Positions 22,201-32,071 of a stretch of DNA of 64,000 nucleotides are shown piece by piece. The DNA is from an uncultured Planctomycetota bacterium (GTDB taxonomy: Bacteria > Planctomycetota > Planctomycetia > Isosphaerales > Isosphaeraceae). Where the stretch lies: assembly GCA_963845755.1 (NCBI GenBank), contig CAWJTV010000049.1, forward strand, positions 64,001 to 128,000. The letters are read 5' to 3'. Both the position numbers and the translations under genes were made by a program. Below the pieces are notes generated by a model. That model had not been told where the DNA came from and did no database searches. It worked only from the letters and a program-made list of their open reading frames with translations. The first letter of the stretch is position 1; every line of letters starts with the position of its first letter.

Positions 22201-23005
22201 CGACGCGACCAGCTCGGCCAACCTCTGCGCCTTCGCCTACGCGGAGGTCGATTCGGACCGCGAAGGTCCTGCACTCATGCTCATTGGCTCAAGCGGGACC
22301 GCAATCGTGACGGTCAACGAGAAGATCGTCTACGAGTTCAATAGTCTCGCCGGCAGGGCCTACGCTTCGGACACGGACCGGGTGCGTTTTCAACTGGCGC
22401 GGGGCCGCAACCGCATCCTCGTCATCAGCCGGCAAGGGGCCGGTCGTTGGGGGTTCAGTATCCAGATCGCCTGGAGCGTCTTGGGAGCCGGTGTCGAGAT
22501 GGCGGGGAAGTCCGTCGCGAAGGTCGACGACCTCCGCCGGGTCGCCCTTCGCCACGAGGGGGATCCCCGGCGCGGTGCGCAGCTCTTCTTCGATCCCCGA
22601 GGGATCGGCTGCGCCCGTTGCCATGCGGCGGGTGGGCGGGGCTCGTCCACCATCGGCCCGGACCTGAGCGGCCTGGCTGCAAAATACGACCGGTCCGAGC
22701 TGATCCGCTCGGTTCTGGAGCCCTCCAGCCGGATCGCGACCGGCTACCAGCCGGCGATCGTCGCGACGCGCGATGGCAAGGTCTTCAACGGCGTGGTCCG
22801 CGCCGAGACCGCCGACTGGATCGAAGTCGCGGATTCCGAGGCGAGGATCGCACGGATCGCCAAGCGCGACATCACGGAACGCCGCTTGGGTGACGTCTCG
22901 ATCATGCCGACTCAGTCCGTCCAATCGCTCTCCCCGGCCGAATTCTCCGATCTGATCAGCTTCCTGGCGAGCTTGAAACAACCGGTGCGTACCGCCGCGC
23001 CCTGA
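19253..23005 (+). CDS. PVC-type membrane-bound dehydrogenase: beta-propeller, HEAT repeats and C-terminal cytochrome c (frameshifts ~21125, ~21240, ~21475, ~22175)
   Basis: Signal peptide, GMDGFLYISVGD, YRGNLFFCDW, HEAT repeats, GDPRRGAQLF..CARCH..IGPDLS and SIMP motifs across consecutive frame-shifted ORFs. Confidence 0.9.
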
Positions 23006-23048
23006 AGATGAAGCCGGAGGCTTCCGGGCGATGCTGGTGCCACTCCGA

Positions 23049-23483
23049 TCAAGTTGACAGGAAAACAGCCGGGCTTACGTGGAAATGCCGCGACAGCGCC
23101 TCGATGTGCTTTCGATTCAACTCGCGCTTGCCACCCAGGATCTCCGAGATCGTCGATTCGGCGATGCCAGTCGCTGCCGCCACCTTGGCCTGCGTCGTCT
23201 CCTGACTCTCGATCAGGAAACGGAAGAGATCAGCGCCGGAGCCGGACGGCATGGGCTCATGCTCGTCCTCATATTTCTCGACCAGATCGCTCAGGACGTC
23301 GAGGTAGTCTTCCTCATCCGAATTGCGCCGGGTTTGATCGAGCAGCGCATCGACCATCGCGATCGCGCGGTCCAACTCCACTTCAGAGCGAATCGGACGG
23401 AGCGGGACCTGCTGGACGAGTTCGAGATAACGATCGTTGACAATCCGCCCCGGTGCTTTTTTGGGGGTCTGAGACCGTGCCAT
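23049..23483 (-). CDS. higA: HigA-type antitoxin (Xre HTH)
   Basis: LRPIRSEVELDRA, LDVLSDLVEKYE, HTH ending SEILGGKRELN; directly downstream of higB. Confidence 0.9.
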   Translation of the reverse strand: MARSQTPKKAPGRIVNDRYLELVQQVPLRPIRSEVELDRAIAMVDALLDQTRRNSDEEDYLDVLSDLVEKYEDEHEPMPSGSGADLFRFLIESQETTQAKVAAATGIAESTISEILGGKRELNRKHIEALSRHFHVSPAVFLST

Positions 23484-23508
23484 CTTTCTGTCTTTTCTCG
23501 ATAAGGAT

Positions 23509-23799
23509 TCAGGAATCTTTCCACGCACCACGGCTATAATCGGAATGAGTCAGGACATGGCGAACGAAAAGTTTTTGCCCCCGGTAATTGATCTCGGCAA
23601 TCAGCCTGTATTTGTTGCCACCGACATTGAAGACAATGTACTTACCGACTTGGTCTGCGGACGGAAAGACAGTCCGAATCTCGGCGAAAGTACTCCAGTC
23701 ATGATGTTTGGCAATACGGTACCATTGATCGAGAGGGCTCTTAGCCTCGGCGTGGATCTCCCAGAAGGTGCGCAATTTCTTCCTGGATATAACATGCAT
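23509..23799 (-). CDS. higB: HigB-type mRNA interferase toxin
   Basis: MHVISRKKLRTFW, FPSADQVG, VFNVGGNKYRLI, VLTHSDY motifs; toxin-first order. Confidence 0.93.
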   Translation of the reverse strand: MHVISRKKLRTFWEIHAEAKSPLDQWYRIAKHHDWSTFAEIRTVFPSADQVGKYIVFNVGGNKYRLIAEINYRGQKLFVRHVLTHSDYSRGAWKDS

Positions 23800-23950
23800 A
23801 ACAGATTAGATTCCTCACCGTTTTCGAATATTTGATTTGTGATTATTATTTTCTAATTATTAACATTAATTAATTCTAGAAACATAGTTCCCGGGTTGTC
23901 CTTGCGAGAACGTGTCTTTGGTTTACTTTACCTCCTATATTATACGGAGC
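23800..23950. promoter_or_regulatory. Very AT-rich divergent promoter region (higBA / pcm)
   Basis: TTGATTTGTGATTATTATTTTCTAATTATTAACATTAATTAATTCTAGAAA in a GC-rich background; imperfect palindromes. Confidence 0.5.
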
Positions 23951-24119
23951 TAGCCCCTTATCGGCCAAGGTTTTCTGAGCAGAACGGTCGATTTCCCCAG
24001 TTGTTTCCTGCATGCACTCTTCTGTGGCCACTCCGGCAATCGGACGACGTCACAATCTTACTTCGCAAAACGCGAACTTTCAAGCTCGAGATTCGCAGAT
24101 TGTGAAGAAAGGCCGTTCC

Positions 24120-24887
24120 ATGAACACGCGACATTTCCGCCGGCTTCAGATGGCCGCAGTCGGGTCGATCATGATTGCGGCGCTCGTATTCGTCATGACC
24201 TCGGCCGGGGGCTTCCTCGGGACCCAGTCGGAGCCGACCCAGGCGGCGCGTAGGGAGGCGATGGTCAAGACCCAGCTCGAAGGGCGCGGGATCAAGGACA
24301 AGGCCGTGCTGGCGGCATTGCGGAAGGTGCCACGGCATCGTTTCGTGCCGGCACTCTGGCAGGGGCGCGCGTATCACGACGGCCCGCTGCCGATCGGCGA
24401 CGGGCAGACGATCTCGCAGCCGTATATCGTCGCCTGGATGACTGAATTGATCGAGCCGAAGAAGGGGATGCGTGTGCTCGAGATCGGGACAGGCTCGGGT
24501 TACCAGGCGGCCATCCTGGCCGAGTGCGTCGGCGAGGTCGATACGATCGAAGTGGTCCCGGCCCTGGGTCGGAAGGCCGATGGCTTGCTCCGCGAGCTGG
24601 ATTATCGCAACATCCGGACTCGGATCGGCGATGGCTATGCGGGATGGCCCGAGCGCGGGCCTTTCGACGCGATCCTCCTGACTGCGGCCCCGCCCGTCGA
24701 TGTGCCGAAGCCGCTGCTCGACCAGCTCAAAGTCGGCGGACGCCTTGTGGCTCCCGTCGGTCGGGACGAGCAAAACCTCGTACGGATCACCAAGACCGAG
24801 ACGGGGCTGAAGCGCGAGATCTTGGATCCGGTGCGGTTCGTGCCGATGACTGGTAAGGCTCAGGACGATCGCGGAAAGGGCGATTGA
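24120..24887 (+). CDS. pcm: Protein-L-isoaspartate O-methyltransferase with N-terminal hydrophobic leader
   Basis: VPRHRFVP, GQTISQPY, VLEIGTGSGYQAA, GDGYAGWPE..PFD, VRFVPMTG motifs. Confidence 0.95.
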   Translation: MNTRHFRRLQMAAVGSIMIAALVFVMTSAGGFLGTQSEPTQAARREAMVKTQLEGRGIKDKAVLAALRKVPRHRFVPALWQGRAYHDGPLPIGDGQTISQPYIVAWMTELIEPKKGMRVLEIGTGSGYQAAILAECVGEVDTIEVVPALGRKADGLLRELDYRNIRTRIGDGYAGWPERGPFDAILLTAAPPVDVPKPLLDQLKVGGRLVAPVGRDEQNLVRITKTETGLKREILDPVRFVPMTGKAQDDRGKGD

Positions 24888-25543
24888 CGGCCGAGGGCAA
24901 GCATCCGATCGATGCCGGCGCGGAATTGAGCGAAGGCGCGGGCGCGATGGCTGAGCTGATGCTTGACCAGCGCGGAGAGCTCACCGAACGTCTGATGGTA
25001 TTCGGGGATGAGGAAGAGGGGATCGTAACCGAATCCGCGGAAACCTCGCGGCTCTCGGGTCAGCCGGCCGCGACAGGCACCCTCGGCCTCGAGTTGAATC
25101 GTCCCCGAGGGATCGGCCAGCGCCAGGCAACAACGGAACGCGGCGCCGCGACGCACGTCGGGGACGTTGGCGAGGGCGGCCAGTAGTTTGCGGTTGTTGG
25201 CCTCGTCGTCGCTCGGTTCGCCGGCATAACGCGCGGAGAATACGCCCGGGGCTCCTCCGAGCGCATCGACGGTCAGGCCGGAATCATCGGCGACCACCCA
25301 GACTCCCAGCGCCGTTGCGGTCTCGGACGCTTTCTTCCGGGCATTTCCCGAGAATGTGTCGGCGTCTTCGACGACCTCCGGAACATGCGGGAACTCCGCC
25401 AGCGAATGAATCTCTAGCCGATCGAGCCGCGGTTTCGCGTCCCACGGCGGCGCGATCAGCTCGGCCATTTCGCGGCATTTCTTTCGATTGCGCGATCCGA
25501 GGACCAGAATGATGCACGATCTCGGTGATTCCGGATCCGTCAT
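24860..25543 (-). CDS. rdgB: Non-canonical purine NTP pyrophosphatase (Ham1 family)
   Basis: ADDSGL.VDALGGAPGVFSARYAG, GFGYDPLF, SHRARA motifs. Confidence 0.95.
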   Translation of the reverse strand: MTDPESPRSCIILVLGSRNRKKCREMAELIAPPWDAKPRLDRLEIHSLAEFPHVPEVVEDADTFSGNARKKASETATALGVWVVADDSGLTVDALGGAPGVFSARYAGEPSDDEANNRKLLAALANVPDVRRGAAFRCCLALADPSGTIQLEAEGACRGRLTREPRGFRGFGYDPLFLIPEYHQTFGELSALVKHQLSHRARAFAQFRAGIDRMLALGRQSPFPRSS

Positions 25544-25788
25544 GATGAATGGCTCACCGCACGAGGGACCGGCTTCGCGGATCCGTTCCGTCGAAGCGTG
25601 GTTTGTCATCGCGATCGCCGCGCACACCACGACGCGGGACAATCCATGATCCTTCCCGCCTCGGCTGCGCCGCAACGGGAATCCGGATTCCGAATTCCCA
25701 ATTCTTCCCGCAATGGGAGGATCGGGAATCGGGAATCCTTGCAACCGCACGATGCGCGCATGGCGCGGGGGATCTCCGCCATGGGCCA

Positions 25789-26958
25789 CTACCTCTGGAG
25801 CCCGGCCTTCATCACCTCGACATCGGTCAAGCTCGGGGCTGGTACCATCATGATGTCGGTGGAGTCTCCTCTGCCGATGGGTAGCATGCGGTCCTTCTTA
25901 TTAGCAACGGCCCAGGCGCATTTCAACAACTCGTTGCGTACGGCGACAGCCGAGGGGTCATCCGGCGCGTTGAAGGCCCCGATGAAGACGCGACTGGAGG
26001 TGCGGTCATGATAGACGAAGACCGGCTGACCGATGCGCTGGACCTCGGGAGACCGGGAGAGCTTGTCGGCCATTCGCTCGGCATCGTCGTGAGCGGTCTT
26101 GAGCGGGCTCTCCTTGAGGTTGAGCACACCGGTTGCCGTCTGCCCCTGATTGCCGTTGAGGTCGTAGCTGGTCCGGCCGGAGAACTGCGCGACTTGCAGG
26201 CTGTAATGGCCCGGGCAGTGCGCGAGACTTCGGAGCCCGTGATTCATCTGGATGACCAGCTTGTCCGGGGCCTTCGGGTAGAGATGTTGCGCCGGGATGT
26301 AAGGATTGGTCGTCCGGAGCGCCCGGCTCAGACCATGTCGCCACTGCCAGAGATGGGGCATCTCTTTCAGACACTTGGGATCCAGCTTCTTGACCTTGTT
26401 GAGGAGGATCTCGGTCGCGGCCAGGGTCTTCTCATTCCCGACCAGCACGGCGGCCTCGTCGTGAGTCCGCACGGCCTCGGGCTGCTTGATCACGGATCGC
26501 ATCGTCACACTGGGCGCAGTGGGTGGCGTGCCACGGATGTAGCTGCGCATCGGGAAATCCTTGGTTCGCAAGATGTAGGCCGGCAGGCCGAAGTCATTGC
26601 GGAGCTCCAGGCACAAGGCCAGCGCCATTTTTTCGGCGTCCGGTCCGCGGAACACCTTGGCCATGATCATGAACGGACCATTCTCCTTGGTCAGGAGGTA
26701 GGGTTCGAGCGGGTCGTCGGGCAGGACCATCTTCGGTGGCGTCTTGAGCTGGTCCAGGGGCGCCGGACCGGGCACGTTCGCGCCGGAATAGACCTTGGGC
26801 TCGCCCGGCACAGGGGGAGGCGACCGGTCCCCGCCTGTTGGCGGCGGGGTCCTGGGTGTGGGCATCCCGGTGGTGGGACCGGGCTGCGGCGTCTGTGCCC
26901 AGGTCGGGATGGGCGAAAGGGCCAGGCACAACGTCAAGGCAGCGATCGGAGATCTCAT
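25789..26958 (-). CDS. Exported hypothetical protein with two SPOR-like segments
   Basis: Signal peptide, Pro-rich linker, GPFMIMAKVF...AEKMALAL and YSLQVAQF...AERMADKL...SRVFIGAF. Confidence 0.75.
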   Translation of the reverse strand: MRSPIAALTLCLALSPIPTWAQTPQPGPTTGMPTPRTPPPTGGDRSPPPVPGEPKVYSGANVPGPAPLDQLKTPPKMVLPDDPLEPYLLTKENGPFMIMAKVFRGPDAEKMALALCLELRNDFGLPAYILRTKDFPMRSYIRGTPPTAPSVTMRSVIKQPEAVRTHDEAAVLVGNEKTLAATEILLNKVKKLDPKCLKEMPHLWQWRHGLSRALRTTNPYIPAQHLYPKAPDKLVIQMNHGLRSLAHCPGHYSLQVAQFSGRTSYDLNGNQGQTATGVLNLKESPLKTAHDDAERMADKLSRSPEVQRIGQPVFVYHDRTSSRVFIGAFNAPDDPSAVAVRNELLKCAWAVANKKDRMLPIGRGDSTDIMMVPAPSLTDVEVMKAGLQR

Positions 26959-27219
26959 GGGCGATCCCTCTTTTCACACGTCGGCGCAGTCGCGACCGCG
27001 GTCGCGGTCGGAACACGCCGAGCTTGGAGCGCGGAGCCCCAACGTCTTGTCGAGGCTCCTCACTTTCCTCTTATCACACTCGCGAGAACGCCGGAGTCGA
27101 CGGGAAAGGAGCGCGAGCGGCTCGTTCCGGCGGAGAACCCCCGACTACCTAGCAAATATCGGCCGATCGGCCCAGGGGACTTTCGCGGATTTGAACGAAT
27201 ATACCGATTATCTGGAGGG

Positions 27220-27937
27220 TCAGTCCCCGATGGGCCAGTCCGGACCAAGGCATTCGCACTGGAGCCGAGTCAACTGGTCGATGCCCGCCTCGGCGAGATC
27301 CAGAAGCGCATCGAGCTGTCCGCGCGAGAACGTGCCCCCTTCGCCGGTCCCCTGGACCTCGACGAGTCCGCTACGCCCCAGGCGAACGATGTTGATGTCC
27401 ACCTCAGCGTTGGAGTCCTCCGAGTAGTCGAGATCGAGGACGAACTCGCCGGCGACGATCCCCGCGCTGACGGCCGCGATGCTGTCGCGGAGGATCGCGC
27501 GACAGGAATCGGCCCGATGGCGACTTAGCGCGTCGGCGACGGCGACGAATGCGGCCGTGATGGCCGCCGTGCGTGTCCCGCCGTCGGCATTGAGTACGTC
27601 GGTGTCCACATGGATCGTGGCGGGCCCGAGCGCCTTGCGGTTGACGACGGCTCGCAGGCTCCGGCCGATGAGCCGCTGGATCTCGGTGGCGCGGCCCATC
27701 GCCGCCGCGCCGCGACCGCGTCGGAGTGCTCCCGGGGAGCATTGCATACTCGGCCGTCAGCCAGCCGATCCCCTTGCCTTCGAGGAACGGCGGTACCGTT
27801 TCCGAGATCTGTGCGGTCGCCAGCACGACCGTCGCGCCCGAGCGATAGAGCACGCTGCCAGGGCTGTTGGGTAAATAGCGGCGCTCGATCGTGACGGGCC
27901 TGAGCTGATCGGCTTGACGTCCATCTTTACGCGTCAT
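27220..27937 (-). CDS. rph: Ribonuclease PH (frameshift ~27720)
   Basis: DGRQADQLRP, GWLTAEYAMLP, GRATEIQRLIGRSLRA, ADGGTRTAAIT, LDLDYSEDS, EVQGTGE motifs. Confidence 0.95.
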
Positions 27938-27959
27938 GGTGGTTGGGGTCCCGTAGCCT

Positions 27960-28885
27960 TCAGTCGGACTCTTCGGCCAGGAGCCAGATCAGCAAGGCCA
28001 TTTGGAAATGGAGCCGGTTTGCTGCCTGGAGGATGACCCGGCTGTGAGGGCCGTCGAGCACGCTCGAGGTCACTTCCTCGCCACGGTGGGCGGGGAGGCA
28101 GTGGAGGAAGACCACATCGGATTTGGCCCGAGAGATCAAGGCTTCGTTGACCTGGTAGGGCTCGAAGACCTGCCGACGCTCCTCGGCCTCGTGTTCCTGG
28201 CCCATGCTCGCCCAAACGTCAGTGTAGACCACGTCGGCGCCGACGACCGCCGAGCGCGGATCGGGGTCGACCCATAGGGGTCTCCCGGGGAACCTCGCTT
28301 CGTACGGCGCTCGGAAAGCCTCTGGAAAAGCGTATCCGGCCGGGCGCACAGCAGAAACTCGGCGTCCAGCAGGGACGAGGCACAGGCCAACGACCTCGCC
28401 ACGTTGTTTCCCTCGCCGACGAAGACGATCTTCTGGCCGCGGGCCGTCCCCCTCAGTTCCACGATCGTCATCATGTCGGCCATCGCCTGGCACGGATGTG
28501 AGGCATCCGATAGCGCGTTGATCACGGGGATCCCGGCCGAGCAGGCGAGTTCCTCGACCGTGGCCTGGGAAAAAGTCCGGATCGCCAGCGCATCGACATA
28601 TTGACCCAGGACGCGTGCACAATCAGCAACGCTTTCACGGATACCCAGGCCGACGTCCTCTCCCCGGAGGAAGATCGCGTTCCCGCCCAGCCGGGCGATG
28701 GCCGCCTCGAAGCTCACGCGGGTCCGGAGCGAGGGTTTCTCGAAGATCAGGCCGAGGGTCCGCCCCGACAAGAGTGCGGGGCGTCGTCCGCTCCGTTCCT
28801 CTCGTTTGAGTTCAAGTGCGCGCTGGATGAGCGAACGAGCGTCAACTTCTGAGAGGTTCAGGAGGTCCACGAAGTGGCGGAGCAT
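27960..28885 (-). CDS. argF: Ornithine carbamoyltransferase (frameshift ~28340)
   Basis: [44 protein letters not shown] motifs. Confidence 0.95.
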
Positions 28886-28903
28886 GGCCGGATCCCATCG
28901 ATT

Positions 28904-30112
28904 TCAGGCCGCGGCTTGACGCAAGACATCGGCCAGGATAGCACACCCCGCGTCGATCTGTTCGTCGGTAATCGTCAAGGCAGGCAGCAGGCGGATGACC
29001 GTCCCATGGGTCGCGTTGATGAGGAGCCGCCGGTCCGTGGCCGCTGCGACGACGTCGGTCGCCTCGACGGTCAGCTCCAGGCCAATCATGGTGCCGCGGA
29101 TGCGAATCTCGCGGATCAGATCGGGAAGCTCGGCGTGAAGGGCATCGAACCGGTTGCGGAATCGCTCGCCGATCGCGATACCTCGCTCGAGAAGCCCCTC
29201 CTCCTCGATGGTCTCCACGGCGGCCAGCGCCGCGCGGCAGGCGATGGGATTGCCACCGAAAGTCGAGGCGTGCATCCCGGGTTTGAATGCCGCGGCGACA
29301 GCGGGTCGCGCCATCATCACACCGGCCGCGAGCCCGCCGGCCAGTGCCTTGGCGCAGGTCAGGATGTCCGGGACCACGCCCTGGTGCTGATAGCCGAACC
29401 ATCGGCCCGTTCGCCCCATGCCTGTCTGAACCTCGTCGAGGATCAGGAGCACACCCCGGTGGTCGCACAGTTGGCGGAGACCAGACAGGTAATCGGGATC
29501 GGGGACGTTGATCCCCCCTTCGCCCTGGATCGGCTCGACCAGGACGGCTGCTGTCTGATCGTCGAGCACCTCGGCGACGGCGCCGAGGTCGTTGTACGGC
29601 ACATAGAGGAAGCCGGGAACCATCGGCTCGAACCCGACATGGTACTTGGGTTGGGCCGTCGCCGTCAGGGCGGCGTAGGTACGGCCGTGGAATCCGCCCT
29701 CCATCGTCACGATCTTGAACCGGCCTCGCTCGTGACCGAAAACCCGCGCCAGCTTGATCGCCGCCTCGTTGGCTTCCGCGCCGCTGTTGCAGAAGAAGCA
29801 CTGGCCGCCGAAGGACCGCTTCGAAAGCACCTCGGCCAGTTCCCCTTGAGGCTCCATGTACCAGGTGTTGGGCACGTGGATCAACCGGCCGACCTGCTCG
29901 CGGACTGCCTCGACGACCCTGGGCGGACAGTGACCCAGCAGGTTGCAGCCCCAGCCCGGGAAGAAGTCGAGGTAACGGTTTCCCTCGGCGTCCCAGACCC
30001 ACGACCCCTCACCGCGTACGAGGCAGACGGGGAACCGCCGGTAGTTGGGGATCACATACCGCTCGAACTGAGCGATGGTTTCCTGGGAACTCGCGTTTGC
30101 GGGCGGCTTCAA
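28904..30112 (-). CDS. argD: Acetylornithine aminotransferase (start uncertain; ORF open to 30181)
   Basis: NSGAEANEAA, FHGRT, EPIQGEGG, DEVQTGMGRTG, AKALAGG, HASTFGGNP motifs; lies between argB and argF. Confidence 0.93.
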   Translation of the reverse strand: MKPPANASSQETIAQFERYVIPNYRRFPVCLVRGEGSWVWDAEGNRYLDFFPGWGCNLLGHCPPRVVEAVREQVGRLIHVPNTWYMEPQGELAEVLSKRSFGGQCFFCNSGAEANEAAIKLARVFGHERGRFKIVTMEGGFHGRTYAALTATAQPKYHVGFEPMVPGFLYVPYNDLGAVAEVLDDQTAAVLVEPIQGEGGINVPDPDYLSGLRQLCDHRGVLLILDEVQTGMGRTGRWFGYQHQGVVPDILTCAKALAGGLAAGVMMARPAVAAAFKPGMHASTFGGNPIACRAALAAVETIEEEGLLERGIAIGERFRNRFDALHAELPDLIREIRIRGTMIGLELTVEATDVVAAATDRRLLINATHGTVIRLLPALTITDEQIDAGCAILADVLRQAAA

Positions 30113-30188
30113 GGAAGCTCTCCTCGATAGACACTGTTTCGTACTTGAACGATTTATTAACTGAACACGGAAGACCGGCACGAAGCGA

Positions 30189-31133
30189 CTACGACCGCGC
30201 CAGGACCGGGCGGCGGCCCGAGAGCGAGGAATTCGGGGAGTTCTCTTTGTGGACGATCTCCGTGCCGATCCCCATGTGTGTGAAGATCTCGAGTAGCAAG
30301 GCGTGAGGCAGGCGACCGTTGACGATGTGCGTCTTCTGCACGCCGGCTTCCAGGCTGGTGAGGCAGGCCTCGACTTTCGGGATCATCCCGCGGTCGATCA
30401 CGCCTCGGTCGATCAGGACGCGACACTCGTCGGGGGTCAGACCCGGGATCAAGCTGCCGGGTTCGGCTTTATCAAGAAGGATGCCGGGCGTATCGGTCAG
30501 GAATACCAGCTTCTCGGCCTTGAGGAACCGGGCGACAGCCGCGGCGGCGGTGTCGGCGTTGACGTTGAGCAACTGGCCTTCTTGCGATTCGTCCTCGGCC
30601 AGCGAGGGCAGCACGGGTACAACGCCAGCCAGGCAGAGATTCTCGATCGGCTTCGTGTTGACCTCGGTCACCTCGCCGACAAGCCCCAGGTCCACCGAAT
30701 CCCCGTTCGTGCCGGAGAGCGCGAGTTTCCGGCCATAGAGGCACTGAAGCGTCGCCTTGTGGTGCAGCCCGGATGCCCGGCCACCGAACTTGTTGATATG
30801 CCGCACGATGTCGGCATTGATCTCCTCCGCCAGCACCCGTGCCACGATCTCGAGGGTGGCTTCGTCGGTATATCGCCGGCCCTGGACGAAACGAGCGGTG
30901 AGGCCCGCTTTCTCCATCGCCACAGTGATCGCTTTCCCTCCGCCGTGGACGACCACCGGACGCATTCCGACCGTCTGCATGAACACCACGTTGACCAGCA
31001 GGGCGCGAAGCGACTCGGGGTCTTCCATCACCGAGCCCCCCAGCTTGATCACGGTATACCGCCCGTGGAACTGCCGGATGTAGCCCAGCGCCTCGATCAA
31101 GACATCCGCCTTGCGGATCGCTTCCTCATGCAC
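30189..31133 (-). CDS. argB: Acetylglutamate kinase
   Basis: VIKLGGS, VHGGGK, NVNADTAA, GMIPKV, LLLEIFT..GIGT motifs. Confidence 0.96.
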   Translation of the reverse strand: MHEEAIRKADVLIEALGYIRQFHGRYTVIKLGGSVMEDPESLRALLVNVVFMQTVGMRPVVVHGGGKAITVAMEKAGLTARFVQGRRYTDEATLEIVARVLAEEINADIVRHINKFGGRASGLHHKATLQCLYGRKLALSGTNGDSVDLGLVGEVTEVNTKPIENLCLAGVVPVLPSLAEDESQEGQLLNVNADTAAAAVARFLKAEKLVFLTDTPGILLDKAEPGSLIPGLTPDECRVLIDRGVIDRGMIPKVEACLTSLEAGVQKTHIVNGRLPHALLLEIFTHMGIGTEIVHKENSPNSSLSGRRPVLARS

Positions 31134-31306
31134 GGCGATGTTCCCTCCTATCCTCGTCGGGCCAGCTCACGAGCAAACTGTATATCATTCCTTGTCCCGG
31201 ACGACTTGTAAAGATCCGTCCGGCCAAGGTATTCGAGGCGAGTTGAGGCTCGATCCCCGACCGATCACACAGGTCGAAACGACAGTTCTTGATCACTGCG
31301 CAGGAT

Positions 31307-31771
31307 TCATAAAGGATCGGCCATCCAGTGGATGATCGAGGCCTGAGGATTGGTCCTCATGGCATCGTAGAACGCGCGATCGGCCGTAACCAGACGGCAT
31401 CCCAAAATACGAGCGAGGGCCAGGTAAGAGCTATCGTACACAGTGGCCCGTTTCGGGCCGACTGCCAGGTCATACGCGTCCCTCAAGAGCGGCGCCATCG
31501 GATGCACGATCAGCGGGACGTTCAGCAGCAGATTCAGGATCCTGCGACCTTCCTCGACGGTGATTTCGGGCACTTTCAGTATGCGGGCCTTCTTCCAGAG
31601 GATGTTGCCGAACTCGGCGAAGAACAACTCGGGGACATGCAGCGAGTACGATGGATCGAGGACGCACTTGGCCTCAACTTCCAGAACCTCGGGGACATAC
31701 CACTTGATGGCGACCCCGGCGTCGATCACGAGGTCGGTAGTCACCAGTCCCGGCGGCATAGGCCCACTCAT
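31307..31771 (-). CDS. vapC: PIN-domain toxin (VapC family)
   Basis: LVIDAGVAIKW, TVYDSSYLALA, LVTAD motifs; start overlaps the antitoxin stop (ATGA). Confidence 0.9.
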   Translation of the reverse strand: MSGPMPPGLVTTDLVIDAGVAIKWYVPEVLEVEAKCVLDPSYSLHVPELFFAEFGNILWKKARILKVPEITVEEGRRILNLLLNVPLIVHPMAPLLRDAYDLAVGPKRATVYDSSYLALARILGCRLVTADRAFYDAMRTNPQASIIHWMADPL

Positions 31772-32002
31772 CGGGACCGATCCTCGCGCACCAACTCCGC
31801 GCTGTCGGTGTGCGCTCGTCCCTCCAGGCTACGCGTCATTTCCTCGGCGAGCGCACTGCGCTGTGGTCATCGCCATCTGTTTGGCCGCCTGCTCCACAAT
31901 CATCCTTAACTCCACGCCCAGAGTGCGACCGTTCAATCGCGCCCGCTCCTTCAGCCGTGCCACGGCGGTCTCGTCAACGTCGCGGACGAGTAGATCCGGC
32001 AT
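31768..32002 (-). CDS. FitA-like ribbon-helix-helix antitoxin (frameshift ~31855)
   Basis: GGGAGG RBS, MPDLLVRDVDETAVARLKERARLNGRTL; the other frame supplies the typical tail ...DSAELVREDRSR*. Confidence 0.85.
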
Positions 32003-32033
32003 GTCAACCTCCCACGAAACACGGGGATTCTCA

Positions 32034-32058
32034 GCCTGATATCGCAATGATATCAGGC
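32034..32058. promoter_or_regulatory. Inverted repeat, putative operator of the RHH-PIN TA operon
   Basis: GCCTGATATC-gcaat-GATATCAGGC with perfect 10-bp arms, ~30 nt upstream of the antitoxin ATG. Confidence 0.6.
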
Positions 32059-32071
32059 GGATTCGAAGCGG

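Noticed and set aside
25677..25738. GGGAATC/GATTCC heptamer-like inverted cluster (similar at ~15960-16010)
   Set aside because: Only 2-3 degenerate units; it could be a simple hairpin and cannot be supported as a defined element.
26008..27528. 506-aa plus-strand ORF
   Set aside because: Overlaps two better-supported minus-strand genes in antisense.
31160..31195. Possible ARG box upstream of argB
   Set aside because: TGTATATCATTC matches the ArgR palindrome only partially and has no tandem partner.
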